Positions 1 to 12,095 of a stretch of DNA of 64,000 nucleotides are shown here, one piece after another. A program made the position numbers and the translations under genes. The DNA is from Malacoraja senta (taxonomy: Eukaryota): assembly GCA_038087875.1 (NCBI GenBank), contig CM075996.1:1676001-1740000 (forward strand), read 5' to 3'. The notes beneath the pieces are model-generated. The model was not told the DNA's origin, searched no databases, and saw only the letters and a program-made list of their open reading frames with translations. Each line of letters opens with the position of its first letter. Positions within the stretch are counted from its first letter, which is position 1.

Positions 1-147
1 GTAGGTTAATTAGCTTCTGTAAATTGTCCCTGGTGAGTGGGATGGAGCTAGTGTCAGCATGGACTCGATGGGCCGATGGGCCTGTTTTCGTGCTGTACCT
101 CCGAAGTCTAAAGTCAGTCATTGTGGGGCAAAGGGCCTGTTCCTATT

Positions 148-450
148 AGTTAGTTTAGATTAGTTTAGAGATACAACGTGGAAACAGGCCCTTCGGCCCA
201 CTGAGTCAGTGCCGACCAGCGATCCCCACACACTAACACTATCCTACACACACTAGGGACAATTTACAATTTTTACTGAGCCAATTAGCCAACAAACCTG
301 TCCGTCTTTGGATTGTGGGAGGAAACCGGAGATCCCAGAGGAAACACACGCAGTCACAGGGAGAACGTGCGAACTCCATAAAGACAGCACCTGTAGTTAG
401 GATCGAACTTGCGTCTCTGGCACTGTGAGGCAGCAGCTCTACCCGCTGCA
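148..450 (-). mobile_element. V-SINE (HE1-like)
   Basis: Reverse-complement copy. Confidence 0.85.
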
Positions 451-560
451 CCACCTGTTCTAGGTTCTATGTCGGCATTGAATGGCCCGTTCATGTTTCC
501 AGTGTGTGAAAGGATTAAATATTAGGCTGGGTGTCATGGTTCTGAGGGTAGACATGTTTG

Positions 561-1212
561 GGTGGGGGGAGAGGGGGGAGGGGAGAGGGGGAGGGGAGAG
601 GGGGGAGGGTAGAGGGGGAGGGCAGAGAGGAGAGGAGGAGGGAGGGGGGGAGGGGGAGGGTAGAGGGGGAGGGAGGGAAGAGGGGGAGGGAGGGAAGAGG
701 GGGGAGGGGAGAGCGGGGAGGGGAGAGGGGGGGAGGGGAGAAGAGGAGGGAGGGAAGGGGGGAGGGGAGGGGAGAGGGGGGAGGGGAGGGGAGAGGAGAG
801 GGAGGAGAGGGAGGAGGGGAGGGGAGAGGGAGGAGGGGAGAGGGGGAGGGGAGAGGGGAGAGGGGGAGGGGAGGGGGAGAGGGGTGAGGGGGAGGGGAGA
901 GGGAGGAGGGGAGGGAGAGGGAGGAGGGGAGAGGGGAGAGGGGAGAGGGGAGAGGGGAGAGGGGTGAGGGGAGGGGAGGGGAGAGGAAGGAGGGGGAGGG
1001 AGGGAAGAGGGGGAGGGAGGGAAGAGGGGGGAGGGGAGAGGGGGGGTGGGGAGATGAGGAGGGAGGGAAGGGGGGAGGGGAGGGGAGAGGGGGAGGGGAG
1101 GGTAGAGGGGGGAGGGGAGAGGAGAAGGAGGAGAGGGAGGAGGGGAGAGGGGAGAGGGGAGAGGGGTGAGGGGAGGGGAGAGGAGAGGGAGGGGGGAGCG
1201 GGGAGGGGGGGG
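561..1212. repeat. Polypurine (G/A) low-complexity tract
   Basis: ~650 bp of almost pure G/A with GGGGA/GGGAGA motifs. Confidence 0.95.
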
Positions 1213-3900
1213 CTCCAGCATTGTTGATCCCAGTAGCTCCAGCATACAAGCACCAAGCCGCAGTAGGACTGTAAGATGTGAATATTGATGCAGGGAGGGG
1301 AGGTTGGGCGCAGTTTAAGCTGTTGCCAACATGTTGTGTCTCCACATTCACACCTTGAGAATAATAATTTTTTTATTTTATTTCGCTAACCTTGTGGCGC
1401 ATAAAATGTAAATAATTCAGTGGAGAAAAAAGCATGTGTCAAACCGTTCCCCTGTCCCACAGCTGATTGTGTTTCCTGTCTCTCCACAACCATGGTAAGT
1501 TGCAAAATGAGTTTCACAAGCAACCGATTGGTTCCACTGTCTCCAAGGCAACCGGCTATTCGTACCCAATGGTTATGGTCTTTGTGCCCGGCGGCCAAGT
1601 AGATTTTTGGTGAGTTGGGAATTAACCATTTACTATGCACTCGTTCTTCTTTATGCCCAAAGATAGGCACAAAATGCCGGAGTAACTCAGCGGGACAGGC
1701 AGCATCTCTGGAGAGATGGAATTGGTGACGTTTCGAGATCCTTCTTCAGACTGACCCGCTCCTGCCCTAAGGCAGTGACCGTCTCACTTCTCCAACACCA
1801 CGCAGCCCCCTCTGGCTATGTCTGCAGTGACTTCCACCATGCTGGAACGCTCTAAAACATGTCTAATTATCCACAGGCAGGAACGGGGTCCTGATTGTGG
1901 ATGTTTAAGAAAGAACTGCAGATGCTGGAAAATCGAGGGTAGACATAAATGCTGGAGAAACTCAGCGGGGGAGGCAGCATCTATGGAGCGACGGAAATAG
2001 GCGACATTTCGGGTCTTGACCATAGATGCTGCCTCCCCCGCTGAGTTTCTCCAGCATTTATGTCTACCTACTGATTGGGGATGATCAGCTATGATCACAA
2101 TGAATGGCGGTGCTGGCTCGAAGGGCCGAATGGCCTACTCCTGCGTCGATTGTCTATTGTCCAAAGGTAGGCACATAGAAACATAGAAACATAGAAAATA
2201 GGTGCAGGAGTAGGCCATTCGGCCCTTTGAGCCTGCACCGCCATTCAATATGATCAACTCAGTATCCTGTACCTGCCTTCTCTCCATACCCCCTGATCCC
2301 TTTAGCCACAAGGGCCACATCTAACTCCCTCTTAAATATAGCCAATGAACTGGCCTCAACTATCATCTGTGGCAGAGAATTCCAGAGATTCACCACTCTC
2401 TGTGTGAAAAATGTTTTTCTCATCTCGGTCCTAAAAGATTTCCCCCACAAAATGCCAGAGTAACTCAGCAGGACAGGCAGCATCTCTGGAGAGAAAGAAT
2501 GGATGACGTTCTGAACGTCTCGACTTGAAACGTCACCCATTCCTTCTCTCCAGAGATGCTGCCTGACCCGCTGAGTTGCTCCAGCATTTCGTGTCTATCT
2601 TCGGTGTAAACCAGCATCCGCAGTTCATTCCTACACTGGAACTCTCTAAGGTATTTTCCAGCTCAGCTGCATCTTCGAAAACACTGCAGTCTTGGAAAAG
2701 TGACAGATAATTACTCACAAACAGCAGTCTGATAACATCCACACTGTTGTACGCTGATGTTATTTAGTTTAGAGATACAGCGTGAAAACAGGCCCTTAGG
2801 TGATATCCATACTGAGTCCACGCCAACCTGCGATCCCCGCACACTCGTTCTATCCTACACACACTAGGGACAATTTACAGAAGCCAACTCACCGTCTTTG
2901 GGATGTGGGAGGAAACCGGAGCACCCAGAGGAAACCCACGTGGTCACAGGGAGAACGTGCAAACTCTGTGCAGACAGAATCCGTAGTCAGGATCGAACCC
3001 GGGTCTCTGGCGCTGCAAGCCAGCAGCTCCACCGCTACGCTCTACAGGAGAACGTGCAAACTCCACACAGACAGCACAGAGATTGGGAGAGGAGCCTGGA
3101 GTTCGAAGTGACAATTCCTACACCAGACTGCCTCTCATTCCACCACAGACCTCTCTAACTTTCTAGTTGTGATCTTGCAAGCAGGTCTGGGTTTTTTTCT
3201 GCGCAGTCTGTGTTTTTGGCCGCATAGCATCATTTTTTATTTGCATTTTATGTATAATTTGTGTTTTTATGTGTTATCTGAATCCATGTGCCTCTGACGC
3301 TGCTGTAAGCAAGGTTTTTGCTGCACCGTGCCCATGCAGATGACAATAAACCCAAAACTAATGTTTCCATTAGTCTATCCATTTTGCCCAGCTAAGTGAA
3401 CAAGCTGCCCTTTGCCCTTGCCGTGCGGCTACCACAGAGGGCTTCACCATGGAGAGGGTTGCCACGATTATCTTGCCAGGGGACATCTCGCCTTCCTGGT
3501 GTATTTGGCCAGGGCTTCACGGAATCTGAAGTATGAAAGTCTTAGAGTGATACAGTGTAAAAACTGGCCCTTCGGCCCAACTTGCCGAGAATGCATCCTC
3601 TGCCTATCTAAAAGCCTCTTAATTATCAGGACCATATCTGCCTCCACCACCACCCCTGGCAGTGCGTTCCAGGCACCCACCACCCTCAGCTCAAATTACT
3701 CCTTTAAACTTTGTCCTTCCCACCTTAAAGGCGTGACCTCTAGTATTTGATGTTTCCACCCTGGGGTAAAGTTCTGACTGTCTAACTTACCCCTGCCTCT
3801 CATAATTGTGCACAGTTCCATCAGGTCTCCTCTCAACTCTCGAGTGTTCCAGGGAGAATATTCCAAGTCTGTCCAAACTCTGTACCTAATACCCCCTAAT

Positions 3901-5065
3901 AGAAACATGGAAACATAGAAAATAGGTGCAGGAGTAGGCCATTCGGCCCTCTTCGAGCCTGCACCGCCATTCAATGTGATCATGGCTGATCATCCAACTC
4001 AGTATCATGTACCTGCTTTCTCTCCATACCCCCTGATCCCTTTAGCCACAAGGGCCCACATCTAACTCCCTCTTAAATATAGCCAATGAACTGGCCTCAA
4101 CTACATTCTGTGGCAGAGAGTTCCACAGATTCACCACTCTCTGTGTGAAAAATGTTTTTCTCATCTCAGTCGTAAAAGATTTCCCCTTTATCCTTAAACT
4201 GTGACCCCTTGTTCTGGACTTCCCCAACATCGGGAACAATCTTCCTGCATCTAGCCTGTCCAACCCCTTAAGAAGTTTGTAAGTTTCTATAAGATCCCCC
4301 CTCAGTCTTCTGAATTCTAGCGAGTACAAGCCGAGTCTATCGTTTTTCTTCATATGAAAGTCCTGACATCCCAGGAATCAGTCTGGTGAACCTTCTCTGT
4401 ACTCCCTCTATGGCAAGAATGTCCTTCCTCAGATTAGAAGACCAAAACTGTACGCAATACTCCAGGTGCGGTCTCACCAAGACCCTGTACAACTGCAGTA
4501 GAACCTCCCTGCTCCTATACTCAAATCCTTTTGCTATGAATGCTAACATACCATTCGCTTTCTTCACTGCCTGCTGCACCTGCATGCCCACTTTCAATGA
4601 CTGGTGTACCATGACACCCAGGTCTCGTTGCATCTCCCCTTTTCCTAATCGGCCACCATTCAGGTAATAGTCTACTTTCCTGTTTTTGCCACCAAAGTGG
4701 ATAACCTCACATTTATCCACATTATACTGCATCTGTCATGCATTTGCCCACTCACCCAGCCTATCCAAGTCACCTTGCAGCCTCCTAGCACCCTCCTCAC
4801 AGCTAATACTGCCCCCCCAGCTTCGTGTCATCCGCAAACTTGGAGATGTTGCATTCAATTCCCTCATCCAGATCATTAATATATATATTGTAAATAGCTG
4901 AGGTCCCAGCACTGAGCCTTGCGGTACCCCACTATTCTCTGCCTGCCATTCTGAAAAGGACCAGTTCTCTATCCACATCAATACTGAACCCCCAATACCG
5001 TGTGCTTTAAGTTTGTATATTAATCTCTCATGTGGGACCTTGTCGAAAGCCTTCTGAAAGTCCAG
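3901..5065 (-). mobile_element. CR1 LINE 3' fragment, frameshifted
   Basis: ORFs 4042-4353, 4337-4732 and 4736-5095 are broken pieces of the same RT C-terminus as 32501-34063. Same tail. Confidence 0.92.
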
Positions 5066-5331
5066 AAGTTCTGAAGTTCGAGCCTGCACCGCCATTCATT
5101 GTGATCATGGCTGATCATCCACAATCAGTAACCCGTGCCTGCCTTCTCCCCATACCCCTTGATTCCACTAGCCCCTAGAGCTCTATCTAACTCTCTGTTA
5201 AATCCATCCAGTGAATTGGCCTCTGCTGCCTTCTGTGGCAGAGAATTCCACAAATTCATAACTCTCTGGGTGAAACAATTTTTTTCTCATCTCAGTTTTA
5301 AATGCCTTCCCCTTTATTCTTAGACTGTGGT

Positions 5332-5531
5332 NNNNNNNNNNNNNNNNNNNNNNNNNNNNNNNNNNNNNNNNNNNNNNNNNNNNNNNNNNNNNNNNNNNNN
5401 NNNNNNNNNNNNNNNNNNNNNNNNNNNNNNNNNNNNNNNNNNNNNNNNNNNNNNNNNNNNNNNNNNNNNNNNNNNNNNNNNNNNNNNNNNNNNNNNNNNN
5501 NNNNNNNNNNNNNNNNNNNNNNNNNNNNNNN
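5332..5531. other. Assembly gap (200 N)
   Basis: Run of Ns. Contiguity across it is not guaranteed. Confidence 0.99.
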
Positions 5532-5989
5532 GTTTCTATGTTTCTATGTTTCTATGACCCACTGAGTTACTCCAGCATTTTGTCTCTACCTTTAGTTTAG
5601 TTCTAGTTTAATTGAGGTTAGTTTAATTTTGTTTATTGTCACGTGTACTGTCTGTACGGAGTTTGTACGTTCTCCCCGTGACCTGCGTGGGTTTTCTCCA
5701 AGATCTCCGGTTTCCTCCCACACACTCCCAAGTTTGTAGGTTAATTAGCTTGGTATAAATAAATAAAAATTGTCTCTAGTGTTATTGTACAGGGATCGCT
5801 GGTCGGCACGGACTCGATGGGCTGAAGGGCCTCTTTCCACGTTGTATCTCCAAACTAAAAAAAAACGAAACTAAAAGATGCTCACTGCAAGATGGCCCTT
5901 GATTCACCATTCCCTCGTCTGTATCTAACCTCACACTCCCTCACAACCCTGCATCTCAATACAATCACCTCTTGTTCTTCTGAAATAGA

Positions 5990-6620
5990 GCCATAGAGTG
6001 ATTCAGCGTGGAAACAGGCCCTTCGGCCCATCCTGCCCACACCGACCAACATGTCCCAGCTACACTAGTCCCACCTGCCCGCGCTTGGTCCATATCTCCC
6101 CAAACCAGTCCTATCCATGTACCTGTCTAACTGTTTCATAAATGCTGGGATAGTCACTGCCTCAACTACCTCCTCTGGCAGCTCGTTCCATACACCCATC
6201 ACCCTCTGTGTGAAAAAGCTACCCCTCAGATTCATATTAAATCTTTTCCCCTTCACCTTAAACCCATGTCCTCTGGTCCTCGATTCCCCTACTCTGGGCA
6301 AGAGACTCTGTGCATCTACCCGATCTATTCCTCTCATGATTTTATACACCTCTATAAGATCACCCCTCATCCTCCTGCGCTCCAATGAATAGAAACCTAG
6401 CCTACTCAACCTCTCCCTATAGCCCAGGCAATATCCTTGTAAATCTTCTCTGTACCCTTTCCAGCTTGACAACATCTTTCCTATAACATGGTGCCCGGAA
6501 CGGAACACAATAGTCTAAATGTGGCCTCACCAACGGCTTATACAACTGCACCATTGACCTCCCGACTTCTACATTCATTACTCTGACTGATGAAGACCAA
6601 TGAGCATAGACCCTACCTGC
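5990..6620 (-). mobile_element. CR1 (HER1-like) LINE 3' fragment
   Basis: ORFs LYKPLVRPHLDYC and SLERRRMRGDLIEVYKIM. 3' UTR gggccgaagggcctgtttcc is shared with the V-SINE tail. Confidence 0.88.
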
Positions 6621-7126
6621 ACAAGCTTTTCCCTGAAGCAACGCTCTTGGCAACATATGCATTCCAGCTGAAAGCTGAGAAGTTCACCATGTATTATGTC
6701 GAACACTGGGGGGGATGTGAGATGCCCCTTGGGCTTGCTAGTACTCATTTCAAAATGCCCGCTTCCCTCTTGCATCTCTTCACTGGGTGAAGGCAGCCGA
6801 GAGCGGTCGAGATGTGGGCACCATTGATGTATTGTATTTGGTTTTGATTGTTAAAATATTGATGGTGTTTTGCAGCTGCGGTGTGCGGAGACCATGGAGC
6901 GCCAGCCCAGGCGGTGCGGGGATTAATTTATCTTCTTTCAGCTTGCTCCCGGAGGCTGTGACTTAACCAGACACGCACGTCAAAGAACAAGTGGACCCAA
7001 CATGAAGCGAATCTCCGGTCGTCTGGTGTGGGAGCAAAACCTGCCAGAGAAACATCCCTGCCTCGTCTCTGACGATATAGATTGCTCTTTTCTCTGGAGT
7101 TGTCAGAGGCTGAGGGGAAACCAGAG

Positions 7127-7470
7127 GTGGCACGGTTGCACAGCGGTAGAGTTGCTGCCTCACAGCGCCAGAGACCCGGGTTCGATCCTGACTAGGGGTG
7201 CTGTCTGCACCTATTTTGTACGTTCTCCCTGTGACCTGCGTGGGGTTTCTCCGGGTGCTCCAGTTTCCTCCCACGTCCCAAAGACGTGCGAAAGCCGTTA
7301 GGTTAATCTGCTTCTGTAAATTGTCCCTGGTGTGTTGGATAGAACTGGTGTTTGGGATGATCGCTGGTCGGCACGGACTCGGTGGGCCGAAGGGCCTGTT
7401 TCCGCACTGTATCTCTAAACTAAACTAAATTAAATGAAACTAAACTAAATCAAACTAAACTAAACTAAAC
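7127..7470 (+). mobile_element. tRNA-derived V-SINE (HE1-like), full length; over 20 further copies or fragments in the window
   Basis: A-box-like head, B box ggttcgatcc, V-domain (cgttctccctgtgacctgcgtgggg..tttcctcccac), CR1-type tail and (taaac)n. Confidence 0.85.
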
Positions 7471-7480
7471 TGATATCATA

Positions 7481-8156
7481 TCATATACATATTAAAATTC
7501 TGATCTTGGATGTATGTGTGTGTGTGTGTGTTTGTGCGTTTGTTTGTAATCACATCTTCTCGAAAAAATGACATGGTAACAATAAAACCGTTACATATTC
7601 CGGTAGAGATTTATCCCGTGGAGTCCAAAACTACTTATCTGAATATTTCATGCTTTATTTCTCGAGTTATTAATGAAAATGTTCAAATATCTGACAAAAC
7701 TTTGAAATAAAAACAACTGTGTTTCGCTTATTCCCTGATTGTAGCCCTGTTGCTATCCAAGTACACTGAGTCCTTCTAGCCCTAGCGAGTGCAATTGCAT
7801 TTTTTTTAAAGTTTAAAAATGAGGGAGGGTGAATAAGGCGAAATGAGCAGCCCCTGCGCAGATGTGGGCTATGGGTGAGTGGTGGAATATTGCGTTGGGG
7901 AACGGGTTGTGTTGGGGGATCAGGCCTCCCCGTGGGGGCTATGGGTGAGTGGTGGAATATTGCGTTTGGGGGAACGGGTTGTGTTGGAGAAACGGGTGAG
8001 TGGTGGAATATTGCCTTGGGAAACGGGTTGCGTTGGGGGATCAGGCCTCCCGTGGGGGCTATGGGTGAGTGGTGGAATATTGCCTTGGGGAACGGGTTGC
8101 GTTGGGGGACCAGGCCTCCCGTGTGACAGGGACCCAATGGGTCCCACTTGGTCCAG
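7481..8156 (+). mobile_element. Probable non-autonomous Helitron with an internal minisatellite
   Basis: a|TC start, proximal (TG)n, 3' hairpin gggaccc-aat-gggtccc (8129-8145) then CCAG|t (CTAG-like). ~70-bp tandem units at 7866-8122. Confidence 0.55.
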
Positions 8157-9342
8157 TAAGTATATAAAAGTTCGAGAGACATAGATAGAATGGACAGTCA
8201 GAACTTTTTCTCAGGATGGAAATATCAAATATTAGAGGACATAATATTAGAGGACATAACTTTAAAGTGAAAGTGCCTGTCCTGTTGAGTTACTCCAGCT
8301 TTTTGTGTCTATCTTCAATGGAAGGCCTGGTTAGATTGGATGTGGAGACAATGTTTCCATTAGTGGGAGAGTCTAGGACCGGAGGGCATGGCCTTACAAT
8401 AACAGGATATCCCTTTTGAATGGAGATAGGAGGGTGGTGAATCTGTGGAATTGATTGGGAATTCAATGGGTATTTTTAAAGTGGTGATTAATTAGTAAGG
8501 GCATCAAAGGTTACGGCGAGGAGAATGTCCTCTCTATCCAGGCCATTTACAACCTGAGAAGTCCTTGAGGCATCAGTGACACATTCCCAGTCTTTGGTCC
8601 ACTGTTAAGACCACGGTATTATGGCCACTGGCCCAGTTCATTTTCTGGTGGTGTGAATACGATTACATCTGAATGTCACCTATTCATCCCGTTAATTTCC
8701 AAAGATTAAAAATTTATTGACAGTGAAGAAATAGCGTTTTAAATTATTCACGATATCGCTTCTTCTTCATGTAAGAATTCATAATTTTCTCAGCAAGTTG
8801 AGGGAGAAATAATCCAATAATGGCCATGACCTGAAACGGAGGCAGAATTTAAGGAAGGAGGGTGTGCAGTTAGAAAGTTTAACATAGGACAACACACGAA
8901 CAGGCCCTTCGGCCCACAATATCCGTGCTGAACATGATGCCAAGTGATCCATATCCCTCCATAGATCGCAGCTTCCTATTAAATCATTCTCCTCTCACCT
9001 TAAACCTAAACCTGAGGAAAAACGTTTTCACACAGAGAGTGGTGAATCTGTGGAATTCTCTGCCACAGAGGGTAGTTGAGGCCAGTTCATTGGCTATATT
9101 TAAGAGGGAGTTAGATGTGGCCCTTGTGGCTAAGGGGATCAGGGGGTATGGAGAGAAGGCAGGTACGGGATTCTGAGTTGGATGATCAGCCATGATCATA
9201 TTGAATGGCGGTGCAGGCTCGAAGGGCCGAATGGCCTACTCCTGCACCTATTTTCTATGTATCTATGCATGTATGCCCTCTAGTTCTTCTTTCCTCTACC
9301 CTGGAAAAATTCACCCACCTCTATTCCCATCATGGTTTCAGG

Positions 9343-9645
9343 CGGCAGGGTGGTGCAGCGGTAGAGTTGCTGCCGCACAGCACCTGAGACCCGGGTTCGA
9401 TCCCGACTACGGGCGCTGTCTGCACGGAGTTTGTACGTTCTCCCGTGACCGCGTGGGTTTTCTCCGGGTGCTCCAGTTCCCCCCCACAGTCCAAAGACGT
9501 GCAGGTTTGTAGGTTAATTGCCTTCCGTAAAATTGTAAATTGTCCCTAGTGTGTGCAGGATAGTGTTGGTGTGCGGGGATCGCTGGACGGTGTGGACTCG
9601 GTGGGCCGAAAGGCCTGTTTCCACGCTGTATCTCTAAATTCTAAA
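9343..9645 (+). mobile_element. V-SINE (HE1-like)
   Basis: Same head, V-domain and tail structure. Confidence 0.85.
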
Positions 9646-9899
9646 GATTTTATGCACCTCTATAAGTTCACAGCTCAGCCTCCTGCACTGTCTAGTTTAT
9701 TGTCAGGTGTACAGTGAAAATCTTTTGTTGCAGGCTATCACACCAGCAGAAAGACAATACATGATTATAATTGAGCCATTTACAGCGTATGTAGTGTATA
9801 GCTACAGAGATAGAATGTAGTCGGAGACAGTGGGACTAGTGGGAGAACGTTTAGTGCAAAGTAAAGTCAGCAAAGCCCGATCAAAGATAGGTAGACTCA

Positions 9900-10250
9900 G
9901 GTAGACACAAAATGCTGGAGTAACTCAGCGGGTCAGGCAGCATCTGTGGAGAGAAGGAATTGGTGACGTTTCCAGTCGAGACCCTTCTTCAGACTGATGC
10001 CAGAGGAGGGGGCGGGACAGAGATAGAATGTAGTCGGAGACAGTGGGAATAGTGGGAGAACTGGGAAGGGTGGTGGGGGGGATGAAGAGAGAGGGAAAGC
10101 AAGGGGCTACCTGAAGTTAGAGAAGTCAATGTTCATACCGCTGGGGTGTAAGCGAAATATGAGGCGCTGCTCCTCCAATTTGCGTTGGGCCTCACTCTGA
10201 CAGTGGAGGAGGCCCAGGACAGAAAGGTCAGATTGGGAATGAGAGGGGGG
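9900..10250 (-). mobile_element. Penelope-like element 3' end (endonuclease C-terminus plus 3' region with hammerhead-like motif)
   Basis: DLSVLGLLHCQSEAQRKLEEQRLIFRL..GMNIDFSNFR, followed by the abundant ctgaagaagggtctcga..gaaacgtc repeat. This ties that repeat family to PLEs. Confidence 0.8.
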
Positions 10251-10669
10251 CAGGTGGAGCTGGATGCCTGCGTGATTCTCACGCGACTCAATCGTATTCA
10301 ATAAAAAACAGGGATAGCATGGATGGGTTGGGGTGAAGGGCCTGTTTCCGTGCTGTACCTATCTTTGAGTTACGAGAACAACCTTCCAATTCAAAGGGTG
10401 GCTTCTTTGGAAGATCTTCACCTGAGGAATCACGACGCCCTCAGCTCCCCCTTGATTCAACAACCCGGAGCAAACAATCTGTACACTTGTCCAACTTTAA
10501 TTTCACCACTCCGTCCATTTTGTCTGCTTCCGTTAACCCCCCCACCCCACCACCCCATCCTGACTTTTCCCGTATCTCTGCCACTTCATCCTCGCCCTTC
10601 ACTGCAAAGATTCATTTACAAACCACTTGTAAGATGGAAATGACCTGTTACATCGTATTCAATATTTCT

Positions 10670-10975
10670 CTGGCGCAGCGGGTAGAGCTGCTGCCTCACA
10701 GCGCCAGAGACCCGGGTTCGATCCCGACTGCGGGTGCTGTCTGTGCGGAGTTTGCACGTTCTCCCCGTGACCGTGTAGGTTTTCCCCATAATCTCCGGTT
10801 TCCTCCCACACTCCAAAGACGTACAGGTTTGTAGGTTGATTGGCTTGGTGTGTGTGTGTAAATTGTCCCTTGTATGTGTAGTAGGATAGTGTTAGTGTGC
10901 GGGGATCGCAGGTCTGCGCGGACTCGGTGGGCCGAAGGGCCTGTTTCCGCGCTCTATCTCTAAACTAAACTAAAT
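10670..10975 (+). mobile_element. V-SINE (HE1-like)
   Basis: Same structure. Confidence 0.85.
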
Positions 10976-11855
10976 AAAAACAGGTAGAGCTGGAATTGTC
11001 GTCATTAGATAACGTTTAGCAAGATGCCATTGAACTGAAACATGAACTGTTTCTATCTTCTCTGACGCTGCCTACCCAACATAATTTATCCCCTTTGGTT
11101 TATTTTAGTTTAGTACAGAGATACAGCACTACAGGCCCTTCAGCCCCTCTCCGAGTCCGTGCCGACCAGCGATCCCCGCACACGGGCATTATCCTACATA
11201 ATCGGGGACAATTTACTATTTTTACCGAAGCCAGTTAACCTACATACCTGCACGACTTTGGAGTGTGGGAGGGAAACCGGAGCACCCGGAGAAAACCCAC
11301 GCAGGTCACGGGGAGAACGCGCAAACTCCGTACAGACAGCTTTGCTCAAGATTCCTAGCTTTTGCAGCGAGCGGAGGGTCACGTGCAGGCAGAGGAGATT
11401 AGTCTAACTTGGCATCATGTTCGGCACGGACACTGTGGGCCGAAGGGCCTGTTCCTGTGCTGTACTGTTGCAATGTGTAGGAAGGAACTGCAGATGCTGG
11501 TTACAACCGGAGATAAGACACAAACAGCTGGAGTAACTCAGCGGGACAGGCAGCATCTCTGGAGAGAAGGAACGGTTTTGGGTCGAGAACCTTCAGAAAC
11601 GTCACCCATTCCTTCTCTCCAGAGAAGCTGCCTGCCCCGCCGAGTTACTCCAGCATTTTGTGTCTATCTTCTGTACTGCTCCATGTTGTACTGTATGTGT
11701 GTACTCTACCTCACATTTCTGGCATCTCCCTTGTAAATCTTCCTGGCACAAATGAATCTGTCAAACACTTCACTGATTTTATATGTTTCGATGAGATAAT
11801 TCCTTACGCTTCCACCCGGCAAACAGCAAAAATCGTAGATGGCTGTAACCTATAA

Positions 11856-12095
11856 AGGGGCTGTCCCACTGACGCGACCTTTACTGGCGACTGCCGGCAC
11901 CCGTGACAGGTCGCCGAAATTTTCAACATGTTGAAAATTCAGCGGCGACCAGAAAGACGCCACGACTCTTTGGAGACCTCTCACGACCATACCGACAGGA
12001 TGGTCGTGAGAGGGTCTCCTATGGTCCTGAGAGGTCACCCGCGACATGTCGCCAGGGGTCGCATGTATGGTCGTGAGAGGTCTTGGGAACCCTTC
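11856..12095. mobile_element. Harbinger-type MITE fragment
   Basis: taa + aggggctgtcccactg terminus and the internal palindrome ttttcaacatgttgaaaa. Right end unclear. Confidence 0.55.

Noticed and set aside
460..1351. Pro-rich and Gly/Arg/Glu-rich ORFs
   Set aside because: Translations of the polypurine tract, open in several frames.
5302..5565. ORFs spanning the N run
   Set aside because: Artefacts of the assembly gap.
7127..7200. tRNA gene-like A/B boxes
   Set aside because: These are SINE heads continuing into the V-domain, with no complete cloverleaf.
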